A stretch of DNA of 45,044 bases from Octopus bimaculoides. Its lineage: Eukaryota. Under the pieces are notes generated by a model. The model did no database searches and was not told where the DNA came from. It worked only from the letters and a program-made list of their open reading frames with translations. A program made the position numbers and the translations under genes. This document shows, piece after piece, positions 23,467 through 36,216 of this stretch (position 1 is its first letter; every line of letters begins with the position of its first letter). The stretch lies in the NCBI RefSeq assembly GCF_001194135.2, contig NC_068982.1, positions 87,456,058 to 87,501,101 on the forward strand, in the 5' to 3' direction.

Positions 23467-24093
23467 ACGACCATTAGCGAAAACCTCGAAGAAATATTTT
23501 CTTAACCCAAGATGAAAGAACGACCGTGCGAACTCAAAAGGAGAAATGGTGACAAATGGAAAAACAGAGGACTCCTTTTATTTAAACGTGTCACACGGTC
23601 GAACACAGAATATATATCAATGATGATATACAAATAATGTTATACTTCGACAACATAGATTTCGTAAATACCAGTAATGAGACGATAGAAAAGACAACCG
23701 TATGAAATGAATAACAAGAGTTATTTAGTGTGGCATAAAAGATGTATGTGTATGTGAGAGNNNNNNNNNNTAGTGTGGCATAAAAGATGTATGTGTATGT
23801 GAGAGTGTGAATGCAACATATAAGAACATAATAAAAAACAGGCCGTCTATATGTATGTGAGATATCACAGCAGTTAGAAGGTCAGTACACGTGAGAGTTT
23901 TATACCAAGTTTTTTGAGTACACAATAGGAGATATCGCAGGCTGTAATTCTTGTCTGTTTATCGTGAGTGGAAACAACCACTCTAACAGAGGCGAGAAAA
24001 AAACCGCGCTTGTTGATGTTGGTAATACATAGTAAGTCGTGTTGACTATGGTTGGAGATGTTGGTGGCGTAGTAATCGTAGAATCGTGTTGGT

Positions 24094-24522
24094 NNNNNNN
24101 NNNNNNNNNNNNNNNNNNNNNNNNNNNNNNNNNNNNNNNNNNNNNNNNNNNNNNNNNNNNNNNNNNNNNNNNNNNNNNNNNNNNNNNNNNNNNNNNNNNN
24201 NNNNNNNNNNNNNNNNNNNNNNNNNNNNNNNNNNNNNNNNNNNNNNNNNNNNNNNNNNNNNNNNNNNNNNNNNNNNNNNNNNNNNNNNNNNNNNNNNNNN
24301 NNNNNNNNNNNNNNNNNNNNNNNNNNNNNNNNNNNNNNNNNNNNNNNNNNNNNNNNNNNNNNNNNNNNNNNNNNNNNNNNNNNNNNNNNNNNNNNNNNNN
24401 NNNNNNNNNNNNNNNNNNNNNNNNNNNNNNNNNNNNNNNNNNNNNNNNNNNNNNNNNNNNNNNNNNNNNNNNNNNNNNNNNNNNNNNNNNNNNNNNNNNN
24501 NNNNNNNNNNNNNNNNNNNNNN
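24094..24522. other. Assembly gap (N-run)
   Basis: Run of n. Confidence 0.99.
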
Positions 24523-24904
24523 TAACGGAACGCTGAACTCCGGACTATCAACTTAAACAACATTTATTCAGGTGGTAAATATATACATCTTTAGCTCTTG
24601 TTGACAGTTGTTACAGCTTCTGTGTGTGTGAGCATAGTTGTTGGGACGTTGTTATGTAGATGTAAGCGAGCTGTCTAGCGTAAGTCCGAAAGATGGAGAG
24701 TGACAGCTAAACACGTCCATGCTCTATTGCTGGCCAGCAAGAAAGAGGCTGTCTCCAGAGTTGGAATGTTGGAGACACTGCTTGACACGTCCATGCTCAT
24801 GGCCGGCCGGCCGACCGAGAAACAGATAGAATTAAGCGGGAAAGCTTGCTTGTTTAATTCCACGCATGCGTGACACTACGCATGCGCACGGCGTTACTAC
24901 AACA
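24523..24904. mobile_element. Direct repeat copy B (possible LTR, about 385 bp, CpG-rich)
   Basis: Ends ...ggcgttactacaaca (TGTTGTAG start on the minus strand); the left end abuts Ns. Confidence 0.5.
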
Positions 24905-26448
24905 GGAAAGTCCCATGTAGACCCAAGCAATCCAGACTTTCCACACCATTTACTTGAGCATAAATATTATTGTTTATTCTCAGTGTCACCACTACAAGGC
25001 AATTGATACATAGTAAATTGTCGACATATGACCCTTGTATTTTTTTATGCACATCATATCTCAGAACCACATCTAGTGGTAACTTTTTTTTTTTGACATT
25101 GCAGTTTGAAAGAGAAATTTGGTTGCTATTTTTACCTTGTCAAATGATCACACAGCAATTGCTTGGTTATTGGGCAGGCAGAATGATCCATTTTCTGGTC
25201 AATACTTACTGTTTAATAAAGGTTGTTTTGATCAACCTGAAGATGGCTGCTCTCATGCATGGAGGCTATGGTTACTTTTTATTTTTTACTAAGAACTGCT
25301 AATAGTGTATGTATATATTAGCAGAGAGAGGAGGTTGATGTCTTGAGAAAACAGACAGAGACGGATTATAAAATTTTGCAGTTTCAGAGGGAGTTAAGTG
25401 CTTAGTACAGCGTTTGTGCAGTAAGACAGTAGAGATAAATGGAATAGAATGAGTGTTAACTCTTTGGAGATAATATGGTTGCTGCCAAACTGAAGATGGC
25501 AGAAATATTTTTAGAAGATACAAAAACAACAAAGGTTTTCGAATTCTATATCTAAATATAAACAAGGAAAAATATATCATAAAATGATGGTCCTTGATTG
25601 ATAATCATTTTATAACTTAAGGGTTAATTATGGATATGGGAATATATGAATACCATGACTTCCATTGCACTTGTGAAGATATTTTTTTATTGTAACCGTA
25701 ATTGGAGGGAAGCAAATAGTAAAAGAAAAGAGTTTTGAGTAATTTCTTCCTTTTCTTCATGATTCAGTTGAAGGAAAGGCAGCATCCATGATTGGTGGGT
25801 GAAAGTTAGCTTCAGACAAGACTGAGTTTAACCCTTTAGCATTTAATCCAGTCGTATCTAGCCCAAATATTCTACATGTTTTATCCAACCTCTATGATAT
25901 CATTCTAAGAATATACAAACACACTATTGAAAATCTTGAAGCCGTAAAATAATGTATGATTAATTCAAAGCAGTGTGAATAAATAAACATTACATTTGAC
26001 AAAGAAATTTGAATGCTAAAGAGTTAAATCAAGAACAATGAGTGAAATGTAGGTTGTTCTTTCTCCTTTGGTTATAAAGGTTGATGGTAGCTTCTAGAAA
26101 ATGTTAAAATATACTTCAAGATGGTAGTTCCATTCATTCTCCAGTTGGCATATTCACATATATAATGTAATGAAAAACTTTTTAGTGTTTTGATTTGAAT
26201 GTCTTTTTAACTGAAGCTCAACTATATTAAGTCAGTCAGTATATGTGAGCATTTTTAAAAAGCTGATATAATTGAAGAGTACACTGATTAAAGGTCAAGT
26301 CATGATTATATGTATATTTGTTAAAATGTATCTTTTTATTTGATCTTTTCTCTTAAGAAAATACAGACGTTTTTCATGAATTTTATTTTTTTATTTCACC
26401 CCCCCCCCTTTTTTTTTGTAATAAAATATTGTTAAAATTTGTTTTTAG

Positions 26449-26610
26449 TTGATGGGGGCCATCAGGCTGTAATATTTGATCGTTTCCGTGGAGTGCAAGA
26501 TAATGTGATTGGAGAAGGAACTCATTTCCTTATACCATGGGTTCAAAAGCCAATAATTTTTGATTGTCGATCTCGACCCAGAAATGTACCTGTTGTAACT
26601 GGTAGTAAAG
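26449..26610 (+). CDS. PHB1: Prohibitin-1, coding exon 2 (162 nt)
   Basis: (V)[53 protein letters not shown]; tttttag acceptor, gtaaag donor. Confidence 0.97.
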
Positions 26611-27119
26611 GTAAAGATTATACTTGTTTCCACTAATCTACAACATCCTCATTAGTTTTTATGTATGTTTCCTATACTAAGAAACAGTCAGATCTGTAGT
26701 ATTTATATTTTTCTCCATCCTTCTTTGATAATTGTTAAATTCTCTTTGAGACTAAGTTCCTTCAGGTCATATCCAGTACAGCTTTGTGTCTTCCTCCTCT
26801 TATTTAATACTTTAATGGCCATCACATCCAAAAGATGGCTGTCTGACTGATTGGCATAAAGTTGTCCACAAATGTGACCTCTGTCTTTTCTTCTCCCACT
26901 ACTGTGGCCTCTGCTTCTTACTGCTGGCTAGTCTTCTGCCACCTGCATTGAGGCATAGTGAATTCACGTCTATCCTCCTCCTCTTATAACCCATATTGTG
27001 TTCTCTCCTTTTTCCATGTCCCACATTTATCACTGCACTTAGTCCTTCCTCCCCAGTATATTGACCCTTTGAATTTCCATCCTTGCCAATGTTTTGTTCT
27101 GTAACTGCCAACTTGCGAC

Positions 27120-27690
27120 ACAATAGTTACATTTATTGAAGAAACCTAAAATACAGTAGTATTGGACACAGCTGCATTGTAAACTTTGGGAATATTTCTG
27201 AGGTTGCTTGGTTTGCTAGAAATAGCAGTCAATTCCTTAAATTACATCCCGTTTTAAAAAAGAAGTGACATTGGATAGTGTGGACTTACATAAACTATCA
27301 AAGAAAGAAAACTGGATGCTGATGACTGGAATGGCTTTAATCATAAGTCTGCTTAATTAAAGCTGACCTAGAACAAAACACAACCCTGCACCCTTTCTGT
27401 TAACGAACAATTCAACTAAAACTTTCAATCTTTACCAATGCTTCAGTCCAGATAATCTGATCTTTTATTGTTACAGTAAAAACAGCATTTCAAAAGCCAA
27501 ACCATTTTAAAGTTGGAAAATATTTCTTTTCTGAATGATTGCTGAACTTCATTGGAATTGGAATATGGTGCACATATTTGGGATGGCACAGCTGTTACAG
27601 ACACAAGCATCGTAAACCTTTATATAAGGCTATTCAATGAATTGGCAAATATTCTTTCATCAAGTAGCATCACTACTAACACTGCAATCC
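27120..27690 (+). mobile_element. Old non-RTE LINE relic (CR1/Jockey-like RT C-terminus)
   Basis: LEYGAHIWDG resembles the LEY(C/A)SHIW.G motif of such LINEs; otherwise decayed, boundaries approximate. Confidence 0.35.
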
Positions 27691-28109
27691 TCATCCAGTT
27701 TCTGCTGTTGTTAAAATGGTTTCTGTTCTTGTTAATTAGTAAGTTGTTTTTCACTTGGTGCACCCAACTCTTAGTATCTTCCATTTTCTGTCTTATTTGT
27801 GTCAAACTTTTAAATAAATACTTTGTCCTGTTTGTTCTCTCTAGAACTGCAAACTTCTATGAGTCTTTCCTTGTCCACATTTTCCCACCAGGCATCGATA
27901 TAAAAAGTTGTGGTTCAACAGCAATCTATTTCATTAGCCTGATGGAATCTGCATTGGCTGTTTGCATTGGCCATTTTTATTACATGCTTTTGTTTGTTTG
28001 AAGAATGTAGTTTGAATTAAATTCTTACATTTTAGCTCAGCCCACCCACTGAAAAACTCAAAAACTGAAATACATTCTTATTTAATGTCTTTTCTGTTTT
28101 TTATCCTAG

Positions 28110-28252
28110 ATCTTCAAAATGTTAACATCACATTGAGAATTCTGTTCAGACCAAATATTACGTCATTACCTAAGATTTACACAAACCTTGGTGTTGACTA
28201 TGATGAAAGAGTGTTACCATCGATCACAAATGAAGTCTTGAAAGCGATTGTT
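28110..28252 (+). CDS. PHB1: Prohibitin-1, coding exon 3 (143 nt)
   Basis: (D)[47 protein letters not shown]; cctag acceptor, gtaagt donor. Confidence 0.97.
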
Positions 28253-28409
28253 GTAAGTAACCATAAGCTGCCTTATATAATGCTAATTTCTTAAGTAGAA
28301 GGTTAGGATAGCTAGGTATTTTGCTCAGAGCACATTTCAGCTTAAGCTTATGGCAAACGTGGGAACTAAAGGTATAGTGACTTCTTGATTCATTACACCT
28401 TTCTTAGAG

Positions 28410-28690
28410 GGTACATGGCCTAGTGGTTAGGGTATTGTACTCATGATTGTGGGATTATGGTTTCAATTCCTGGACTGGGTGGTGCATTGTGTTCTTGAGC
28501 TAAGCTTTTCATCTTACGTTGCTTTGTGATCACTTCAACACCTGATGTGTGGCACACCATGCACTAGTTCAGGCAACATCAATTTGATTGAAAGAGTGAA
28601 CTGATGTACAATACATACATTTGATCACTATAAGTAAATCATTTGTGCAGGTTGTTCAACAAGAAATTGCAAAACCGTCTGAAAGACTAC
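28410..28690 (+). mobile_element. tRNA-derived SINE
   Basis: catggcctagtggttagggtattgtactcatgattgtggg...ggtttcaattcctggactggg head (A/B-box-like). Confidence 0.65.
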
Positions 28691-30401
28691 CATTACACTT
28701 CTCTTAAGTATAATAATTTCTCTTAATCAGAGTCCTTTTTGTTTTCTTTTTTTTTTGGTGACAGAAGTTACATAGTTGACTGACATGACTTCAATATGTT
28801 ACTTACTTACTATTGGGAGTATGAAATACTAAGTCAGCCTGATGTAATTTGATCTCAGAAATGTGACCACCCAATTAAGTCTAATGGGGTTTCTAGCCCA
28901 CCTTTTTGCTCTCTGCCTTTTCGATCTTTAACTTTCTAATGCATTGTCATGTATACACAAAACATGAGATATTTATAGTAATTGCAATGATTTATATGTC
29001 TATTTTTTTTTTAAAAAGTTAGTTAATATGTGATTAAAGTAGTTTTCAATGAGAATTGTAACCAGGTCTTGTAATTAGTCCAATATGATCTTAGCTGCTA
29101 CACATTCTCAATTTCTCCATAGAATTTAAAATAGGCTTAACAATATTTTTCTTACCTTTTCTGTATTGGTCTTGGAATTGTCAAATACCATTTTAGATTT
29201 CCTTAGGCCACTATAAAATACAAACAATATTACTATTAATAAGTACTTTGAGAATCACAGCTTATTGAAGTTAAAGGGTGTTAAATTATAAATGAAAGAG
29301 TTAGTAGTTAGTAGAGTATCACTAGCACTTTGTTGTGTTTCTATTAAAAACCCTTAAATCTCAACTGACCAGGCCATCTCACTAATCACCATACAGTTGT
29401 AATGTTCATTGAGGTGACAGGTATGGATTCTCTAAAGCTGGTCTGAGTACTATACTTCATGAGTGGATAATTTAAAGGAGGACAAGGCTCTATCAGGCTG
29501 ACCTGTTCTGGATGCTACATTTTCTAGTGATATCTCAATAACTTAATTGGCTTCCAAACTCTATCACCACCAATATTTATATAAAAAAATGTTTATGGTT
29601 TAGAAGATACTGATCAGTTTGTTGAATATGATAAAGTAATTTTAAATGTGGATGAAATGCCTGAAATGATTCTGCTGAAACACACGGATATCTGAACCCT
29701 TTGTCAAATAAAATACGGCATAAGAATATATAATAATTAGTATGATTTAAGTGGCCAAGAGTTCAAACCTTACTGTACTAACCAATGTGTTTCTGTTCCT
29801 TAGTGTGTACCTCATAATTCTGCTTTTCTTGATTTGCCTGACTCACAAAGTAAGTTCTCCAAATTTACAGTAGTTAAAAGTTGGATGGTAAAATATCCAT
29901 CGATCCATTTTCTCTGTTCACCATTCCTGAAAGACAGTGGGGTAGTCCTCAGGCAACCCCACCATAGGGTTCAATCAGGTAACCATCATTTCACTCTCTG
30001 GTTGGATTCCTGAGTGTGACTGAGACTATGGCTATTATCCAAGTGTTTTGTTCTTGGTCTCCTGTTGAAGAATCTATTTTGCAATTGTTTCCTGCAACAT
30101 AATTACATGTCCATAGTAATGGAGCTGTAACTTTCTAGAGTGAAGAAACAGTGGCTTGAGCTAGAGATATTCCCTGATCTCTGAGCTATACACTCTGTTG
30201 AGTAATGTTACTCCAGAGATCCTTCTGAAGAACCCCACTTCAGTTGCTTGAATTTCATGACTCAAGGTGAGAAGAGCTAAAATAAATATTAACTAGCAAA
30301 GATAAATAAATTGTAGCTTTTAGTATTTTATATTGTTTCACCATTTTGTTGTATATATAAAATTCGTCTGAACTTTTCCCATAAAATTTTCCCTGCAACA
30401 G

Positions 30402-30518
30402 GCTCAGTTTGATGCAAGTGAACTGATCACTAATCGAGAAGTGGTGTCCATGAGAGTATCTGAAGAACTTATAGACCGTGCCAGTGCTTTTGGGTTACTC
30501 CTTGATGATATATCTTTG
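30402..30518 (+). CDS. PHB1: Prohibitin-1, coding exon 4 (117 nt)
   Basis: [39 protein letters not shown]; caacag acceptor, gtcagt donor. Confidence 0.97.
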
Positions 30519-31867
30519 GTCAGTATCTTTTTGTTCTCCCTTTTTTAATATGGAAATTTATGGCTTGACTGTTTTACCTCTTAAAAATCAAATTAGCTGC
30601 ATAAAAAGTGCTAGGTCCTTACTTTAGTGGAGAAAAAATTTATAAGTTTAGGAAGATGCCATGTACTCAATATGTTTCATTATCAATTGGTAATAAGAAT
30701 GAAAGCCTGTGGTTGGAAGTAGAGTTGCCCTCGTGTGTGTCTTACTATGATGTAGTTTCATCTGGGATATCACTCAGTAGAAAATCCTTGAGTTTGAATG
30801 TGCTGATTTCTATTCTATTTTGATCTCTTAATTTTCACTGGAGCATATTACCAGAAATTGGTGCCAGATCATCTATAATCTTCCAGATATAAATTATTGC
30901 ATAACTTTTCCTTCTTTGTTCCAGGGAATTGCTTTAGAGCTTTCAACTCTCTCAATAGTTCAGTGATTTCAAAGAAGCAATCCTCTTGTAAGATTGTTAA
31001 AAGGCTTCCAGTTCAGCAGTGAACTTGATACCAAGAGAGAAACATGGTGGGAAAAATAATCCAAGCAATAATCCAGATTGTCTGCCACAGAAACATATCT
31101 TTCCCATGCCAAATCAGACTGGAGCCTGGCTCAGCTCCTCAGCTTGCTAGCCCTGGTCAAACTGTCCAACCCATGCCAATATGGACAACAGACATTAAAT
31201 GATGATGATGATTCTTTTACTGGTTTCCGTCATTGGACTTTGGCCCTGCTATCAAAGCTTTTAGTTGATCGTATTAACCCCAGTATTTATTGCACTCTGC
31301 TATTTGATCTAATCAAACTTTATTATAAAACACACCTGCTTTACATGAGTAAACATAAAGACTGATGTAGAGAATTCTAGTCAGTGGAGTTGTTAAATTG
31401 AAACTGAAAGAAACCCATCATGTGTCTGTATGGGTGTGTTTATTTCTCCTACTCTTGACATCATACTATAGGTGTAAATAAGTATTACCATGTTCTTCAT
31501 TCCCAATCCTCTGTGAAAACATGTCCATCTGTTGGGGAGTATTACCTTGCTTGGAAATAGGTGAGGGTTGGTGACCGGAAGGGTTTCCATCTATAGAAAG
31601 TTCGCCTTAATGCATTGTCTGGTCCATGTAAGCAAGGAAAAGTGGTTGTTAGAATGATGATGTGGGTGTTTGTATCTAACAGGTAAATAAAATGGTTTCC
31701 TCTGCACATTTTCTGTCTACCAGTGTCATTCAAAACATGTTGGTTGACCTGAGACTACTATAGATAATACTTGCCCAGGATGCTGTATTGTGGGATTGAA
31801 CATGGAAATATATGGTGTGGTTACAAAGCAAACCTCTCAACCATACAGTTAAGCTTGCTTCTCCTCT

Positions 31868-33560
31868 CCCTTATCAAGCCTTTAATAGGGTCCCTTGATC
31901 CCTTATCAAGCCTTTGATAGGGTCCCCCAATCCCTTATCTGGTGGTCAATGCAGAAACTAGGGATAGATGAGTGGTTGGTGAGAGATGTACAAGCCGTGT
32001 ACGGGGATGCTGTCAGTAAGGTGATGGTTGGTAACGAATATAATGAAGAAATCCAGGTAGAAGTGGGGGTTCACCAAGGATCAGTCCTCAGCCCCCTCTT
32101 ATTCATCATAGTCCTCCAGGAAATAACAGAAGAATTGAAGACAGGCTGCTCCTGGCAAGTCCTCTGTGCTGATGACCTTGCTTTAATAGCTGAGTCACTA
32201 CCAGAACTAGAGGAGTTTCAGGTGTGGAAGCAAGGTCTAGAATTGAAGAGCCTTAGAATCAACCTAGCAAAAACCAAAAGTCTTAGTAAGAAGGCAGACA
32301 AATCCCAAATCCCTTCAGGTAGGTGGCCCTGCTCAATCTGTAGAAAAGATGTAAGTGGAAACTCCACAAGATGTACTAGGTGTAAGCTATAGACACATAA
32401 GAGGTGCAGCAATATCAAAGGAAGGGTGACTGGGAAGATAGTTTTTGTGTGTGGCAGATGCACAGGTGCAATAAACACTGAAGATGTATAGAAAACAGAT
32501 TCCATTACATGCCAGGGGAAAAAACTAGAAGTAGTTTATAGCTTCTGTTACCTAGGTGGCCAAGTCAGTAGCAAGAGTGGATGCTCTGAGAGTGTAGCTG
32601 GAGAATAAGAATAGCATGGGCAAAGTTCAGAGAGCTCCTACCTCTGCTGGTAACAAAGGGTGTCTCACTCGGAGTGAAAGGTAGACTGTATAATGTATGT
32701 GTGTGAACAGCCATGCTACATGGCAGTGAAACATAGGCTGTGACTGCTGAGAACATATGTAGGCTGGAAAAAAATGAAGCTAGTATGCTCTGCTGGACAT
32801 GTAATGTCAGTGTGCATACATGTCAAAGTGTAAGCACCCTGAGAAAAAAGCTGGACATAAGAAGCAGCAGATGTGGTGTGCAAGAGAGACAACTGCGTTG
32901 GTATGGCCACGTGTTGCATATGGATGAGAACAGCTGTGAAGAAGTGTCACCTTAACAGTGAAGGGAACCTGTGGAAGAGGTAGACCCAGAAAGACCTGAG
33001 ATGGTGAAGCATGACCTTTGAATGTTGGGCCTCACAGAGGCAATGACAAGTGACCAAGACCTTTGGAGATATGCTGTGCTTGAGAAGACCCAGTAAACCA
33101 AGTGAGATCATAGCCGTGGCCAATGCCAGTGTTGCATAACTGACCCGTTTGAAAGTACCCTTCAATCATTGGGCAATATGCTGTGCTTGTGAAGACCTGT
33201 TGAACCAAATGAAATCGTAATCATGGCTGATGCCAGTGCCACCTGACTGGCTCCCATGCCGGTGGCATGTAAAAAGCATCATTTGAACGTGGCCGATGCC
33301 AGTACTGCCTGACTGGCACATAAAAATCACCATTCAAGTGTGGTCGATGCTAGTGCCACTTAACTGGCTCCCATGCTGGTGGCATGTAAAAAGTACCCAC
33401 TATACTCTTGGAGTGGTTGGCGTTAGGACGGGTATCCAGCTATAGAAACCATGCCAAATCAGATGCGTGGTGCAGCCTCCTGACTTGCCAGTCTTCAGTC
33501 AAACAGTCCAACCCATGCCAACATGGAAAGTGGACTTTAAACGATGATGAGGATATATAT
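31868..33560 (+). mobile_element. 5'-truncated RTE LINE (RT, C-terminal region, 3'UTR) in a prohibitin intron
   Basis: AFDRVP...VGVHQGSVLSPLLFIIVLQ...LCADDLALIAES...GRWPCSIC...; frameshifted; ends in a gatgatgag tail. Confidence 0.9.
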
Positions 33561-33630
33561 GTGTGTGTGTGTGTGTGCATGTGTATGTATATATAAAATA
33601 GTATTTTAAATATTTTGCTTCTATTTATAG

Positions 33631-33726
33631 ACCCATTTAACTTTTGGAAAAGAGTTTACTGAAGCTGTAGAATTGAAGCAAGTTGCACAACAGGAAGCTG
33701 AAAAAGCTAGATATCTAGTCGAGAAG
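33631..33726 (+). CDS. PHB1: Prohibitin-1, coding exon 5 (96 nt)
   Basis: [32 protein letters not shown]; tttatag acceptor, gtatgg donor. Confidence 0.97.
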
Positions 33727-34800
33727 GTATGGAACTGTATCATAATTTTTACATTGTTTATTTAAACTTCTATAAACTGTATGTCAGTGTCAATATATGA
33801 AGTAACTGTGGAGCTGTCTAAAAGCTCACTTTAATATTTGCCTTAAAAAAAAAATCTAAATACTACAAAAGATACATGGGCCTGTTAGACACCATTCCAA
33901 TTTTTAACTGCATATTCAGGAAAAAGTTTTTATTGCATTAAAGCATGTAATATAGTCTAAATTTGTATATAGGACTGGTGTGTGTGAGAGGACTTTTTGT
34001 TTTTTTAAATGCATCTTATGATTCACCAACTACAGTACAGTTTTTCAATCACTAAAACAATAAAACTAATTTCAGTACATTTCTTTCTACAAGTATCTTA
34101 ACCTGACGTTTTTGTTGAAATATTTTGCTTGCTAGCTTCACCATTATCCAGTGTTTTAAATCCAGGTTTTGTCCCCATTAACGGGGTAGGCTGGATCTAC
34201 CTCAATGCCATAGAAACCGAGGTAGGTAGGTGCAGCCCACTCCAACCTTTGGGCTGGCTGGCTGGTGCCCATTCTCCTTTGCTATTATTGTGTAATCCTA
34301 GTAGTATGTTACATGTTGCATAAAATCTTTATTTCAACTTATGTGTATATGATAAATCCTCTGGACCGTTTCTCTATATTCACTTAGATTTTCTATAGAT
34401 GGATGTCTTTCTTGTTACCATTCCTCATTTGTGTTTGAGTATAGTAATATTTTCCTCATATTGCATGGAAGACTGGGAATGAAAGACACTACCTGAATGA
34501 CAGCAGCACTCACTCATAACTACTGAGTGATGTCAAGACAATGAAACTCAAACACATATGCTCACTCATTTATGATGGGATCCTTTCAGTTTCTGTTTGC
34601 CAAATCTGTCTACTAAATCCACAAGAATGTTGTTGACTGTCTTTGAAGTTCTGTCTACCAAATCCAAGGCCATAGTAGAAGATATTGCCCAAGGTGCCAA
34701 CAAATTAGATATTAAATAGATTGATGATAATATTATAAAAACATAAAAAGCATAAATTGGTGTATTTATTTTGTTAAATGTTTAATTTTTTTTTATTTAG

Positions 34801-35016
34801 GCTGAACAAATCCGACAGGCTGCTGTTACTAATGCAGAAGGAGACACAAAAGCTGCAGAGTTATTATCTAAAGCATTCTCTGAAGCCGGTGATGCTTTAA
34901 TTGAACTTCGCAAACTGGAAGCAGCAGAAGATATTGCCAACCAGCTTTCTCGGTCTCGGAATGTCATTTACTTGCCCCAAGGACAAAATACTTTGTTAAA
35001 TTTACCTTCAATGTGA
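34801..35016 (+). CDS. PHB1: Prohibitin-1, coding exon 6 (216 nt including stop)
   Basis: [71 protein letters not shown]; the exons sum to 822 nt = 273 aa plus stop. Confidence 0.97.
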   Translation, partial: AEQIRQAAVTNAEGDTKAAELLSKAFSEAGDALIELRKLEAAEDIANQLSRSRNVIYLPQGQNTLLNLPSM

Positions 35017-35087
35017 AACTAAAAGCAGATAATAACAATCTTGTAGGATGTGAAGATGAATAGCTTAAGTCATTTTGGATTATGAGA

Positions 35088-35093
35088 AATAAA
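35088..35093 (+). promoter_or_regulatory. Candidate proximal polyadenylation signal of prohibitin
   Basis: First AATAAA after the stop, followed by T/GT-rich sequence. Confidence 0.45.
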
Positions 35094-35469
35094 ATTCTTG
35101 ATTCATTTACTTTTGTTTGTTTGAAGTTATTGTTTTGGGTATAATGATGTTTTGTAATGAAACAGCCCCATATTCCAATGGCCATTTTCATACATGGTAT
35201 TTAATGTCACACTATCTGAACTCACCACCATCCCCAGGTCAGACCTAATGAAGCAGACTTATCAAAAGCTTTCCAGCAATCACCTCTGTTTTTTCAGACA
35301 TAGTGTATTTCCTTTTTTTAAATCTGTAGGCTATGTAGATTATTAACACTGATATGTGATATTGTCTTAACTGTAATGAAAAGCTGCAAAAATAGTCTGG
35401 GGAAAACCTTTGTATATCTCTACCTAACCTCAATGTATACTCATGAATTTTTAAATGCTCTTTTTTTCA

Positions 35470-35607
35470 CAGCAGTGTGCTGTACTTCATTGCAAGACCT
35501 ATTTTCAGTTAAACTGAGAGTTAAGTACACTGCTGGAAACAGGAGCTGAGCATCTGGCCAGGTTTTGAATTATCAGCTGTTACACTTTCATTGATTAGGT
35601 AACCTCA
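35470..35607 (+). ncRNA. Candidate structured ncRNA (H/ACA-like), copy 1
   Basis: Ungapped 138-nt paralog of 36217-36354 (20 differences by hand); two predicted hairpins separated by ACAGGA (ANANNA); stops in all three plus frames. Confidence 0.4.
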
Positions 35608-36216
35608 TATGTCTTTTTTGAATGTGTCTGTTTTCTTTTCATTGTGTAATAATCTAAGCACAACATCATTTTTAATACAAATGACTTCTTACATTAAAAA
35701 GGTGGTTTTTGTCTGCAATACTGCCGATTTTCACAATAACTAGAACACGAAGACGCTATAAACATTTGAATAAACAAACCCATTTCTTAGTATTTTCTGC
35801 TCAAACATTGCAGGACTGAGCTTTTGTCTTAAAAGGACGTTAAGAGTTAAAGGTGTTCCAAGGACTGGATGGTGCTGGTAGTTAAACTTGGTTAATGAAT
35901 AAATTCTACAATCCCACAATGTGAATGGTCCTGATGACAGTCTTCCTTACTGTTTCCATCACAAGGCATTGGTTAACCTACATCTATGGTAGAAGACATT
36001 TACCCATTGGACCAGCCTTGGAAGCTCATTTCTGAAGTAAACTTTTGAAGCCCTCAGTGGTTGTTTACTCTGTGAAAGATGTATTTCTTGTGTGTTTTGT
36101 TATGAAGCAAACAATACTGGATCTAGATGTTCTTGTGCTGGTGGGATGTATTTGAGAATCATCACCCCCTGCACTAAGAGGAGCTGAACACTGCAACCTC
36201 TATGTACTCTTTCTTA

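Noticed and set aside
23727-23804. 34-bp direct repeat around a 10-N gap
   Set aside because: Typical unmerged contig overlap.
16897-24563. Long ORF-track entries (156-449 aa) rich in X
   Set aside because: Artefacts of translating N-gaps.
27552-28001. 149-aa intronic ORF
   Set aside because: Non-ATG start; begins with a LINE RT relic and continues as low-complexity sequence.
28410-28480. tRNA-like sequences (A/B boxes)
   Set aside because: They are SINE heads continuing into SINE bodies; no complete cloverleaf.
33180-33400. Repeat-spacer-like pattern suggestive of CRISPR
   Set aside because: Eukaryotic context, degenerate units, spacers not unique, no cas genes; part of the LINE 3'UTR.
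35470-35607. SECIS, miRNA or coding-exon interpretation of the duplicated unit
   Set aside because: No properly spaced AUGA/GA quartet, no recognised mature miRNA and imperfect long stems, stops in all plus frames, and no third-position bias.
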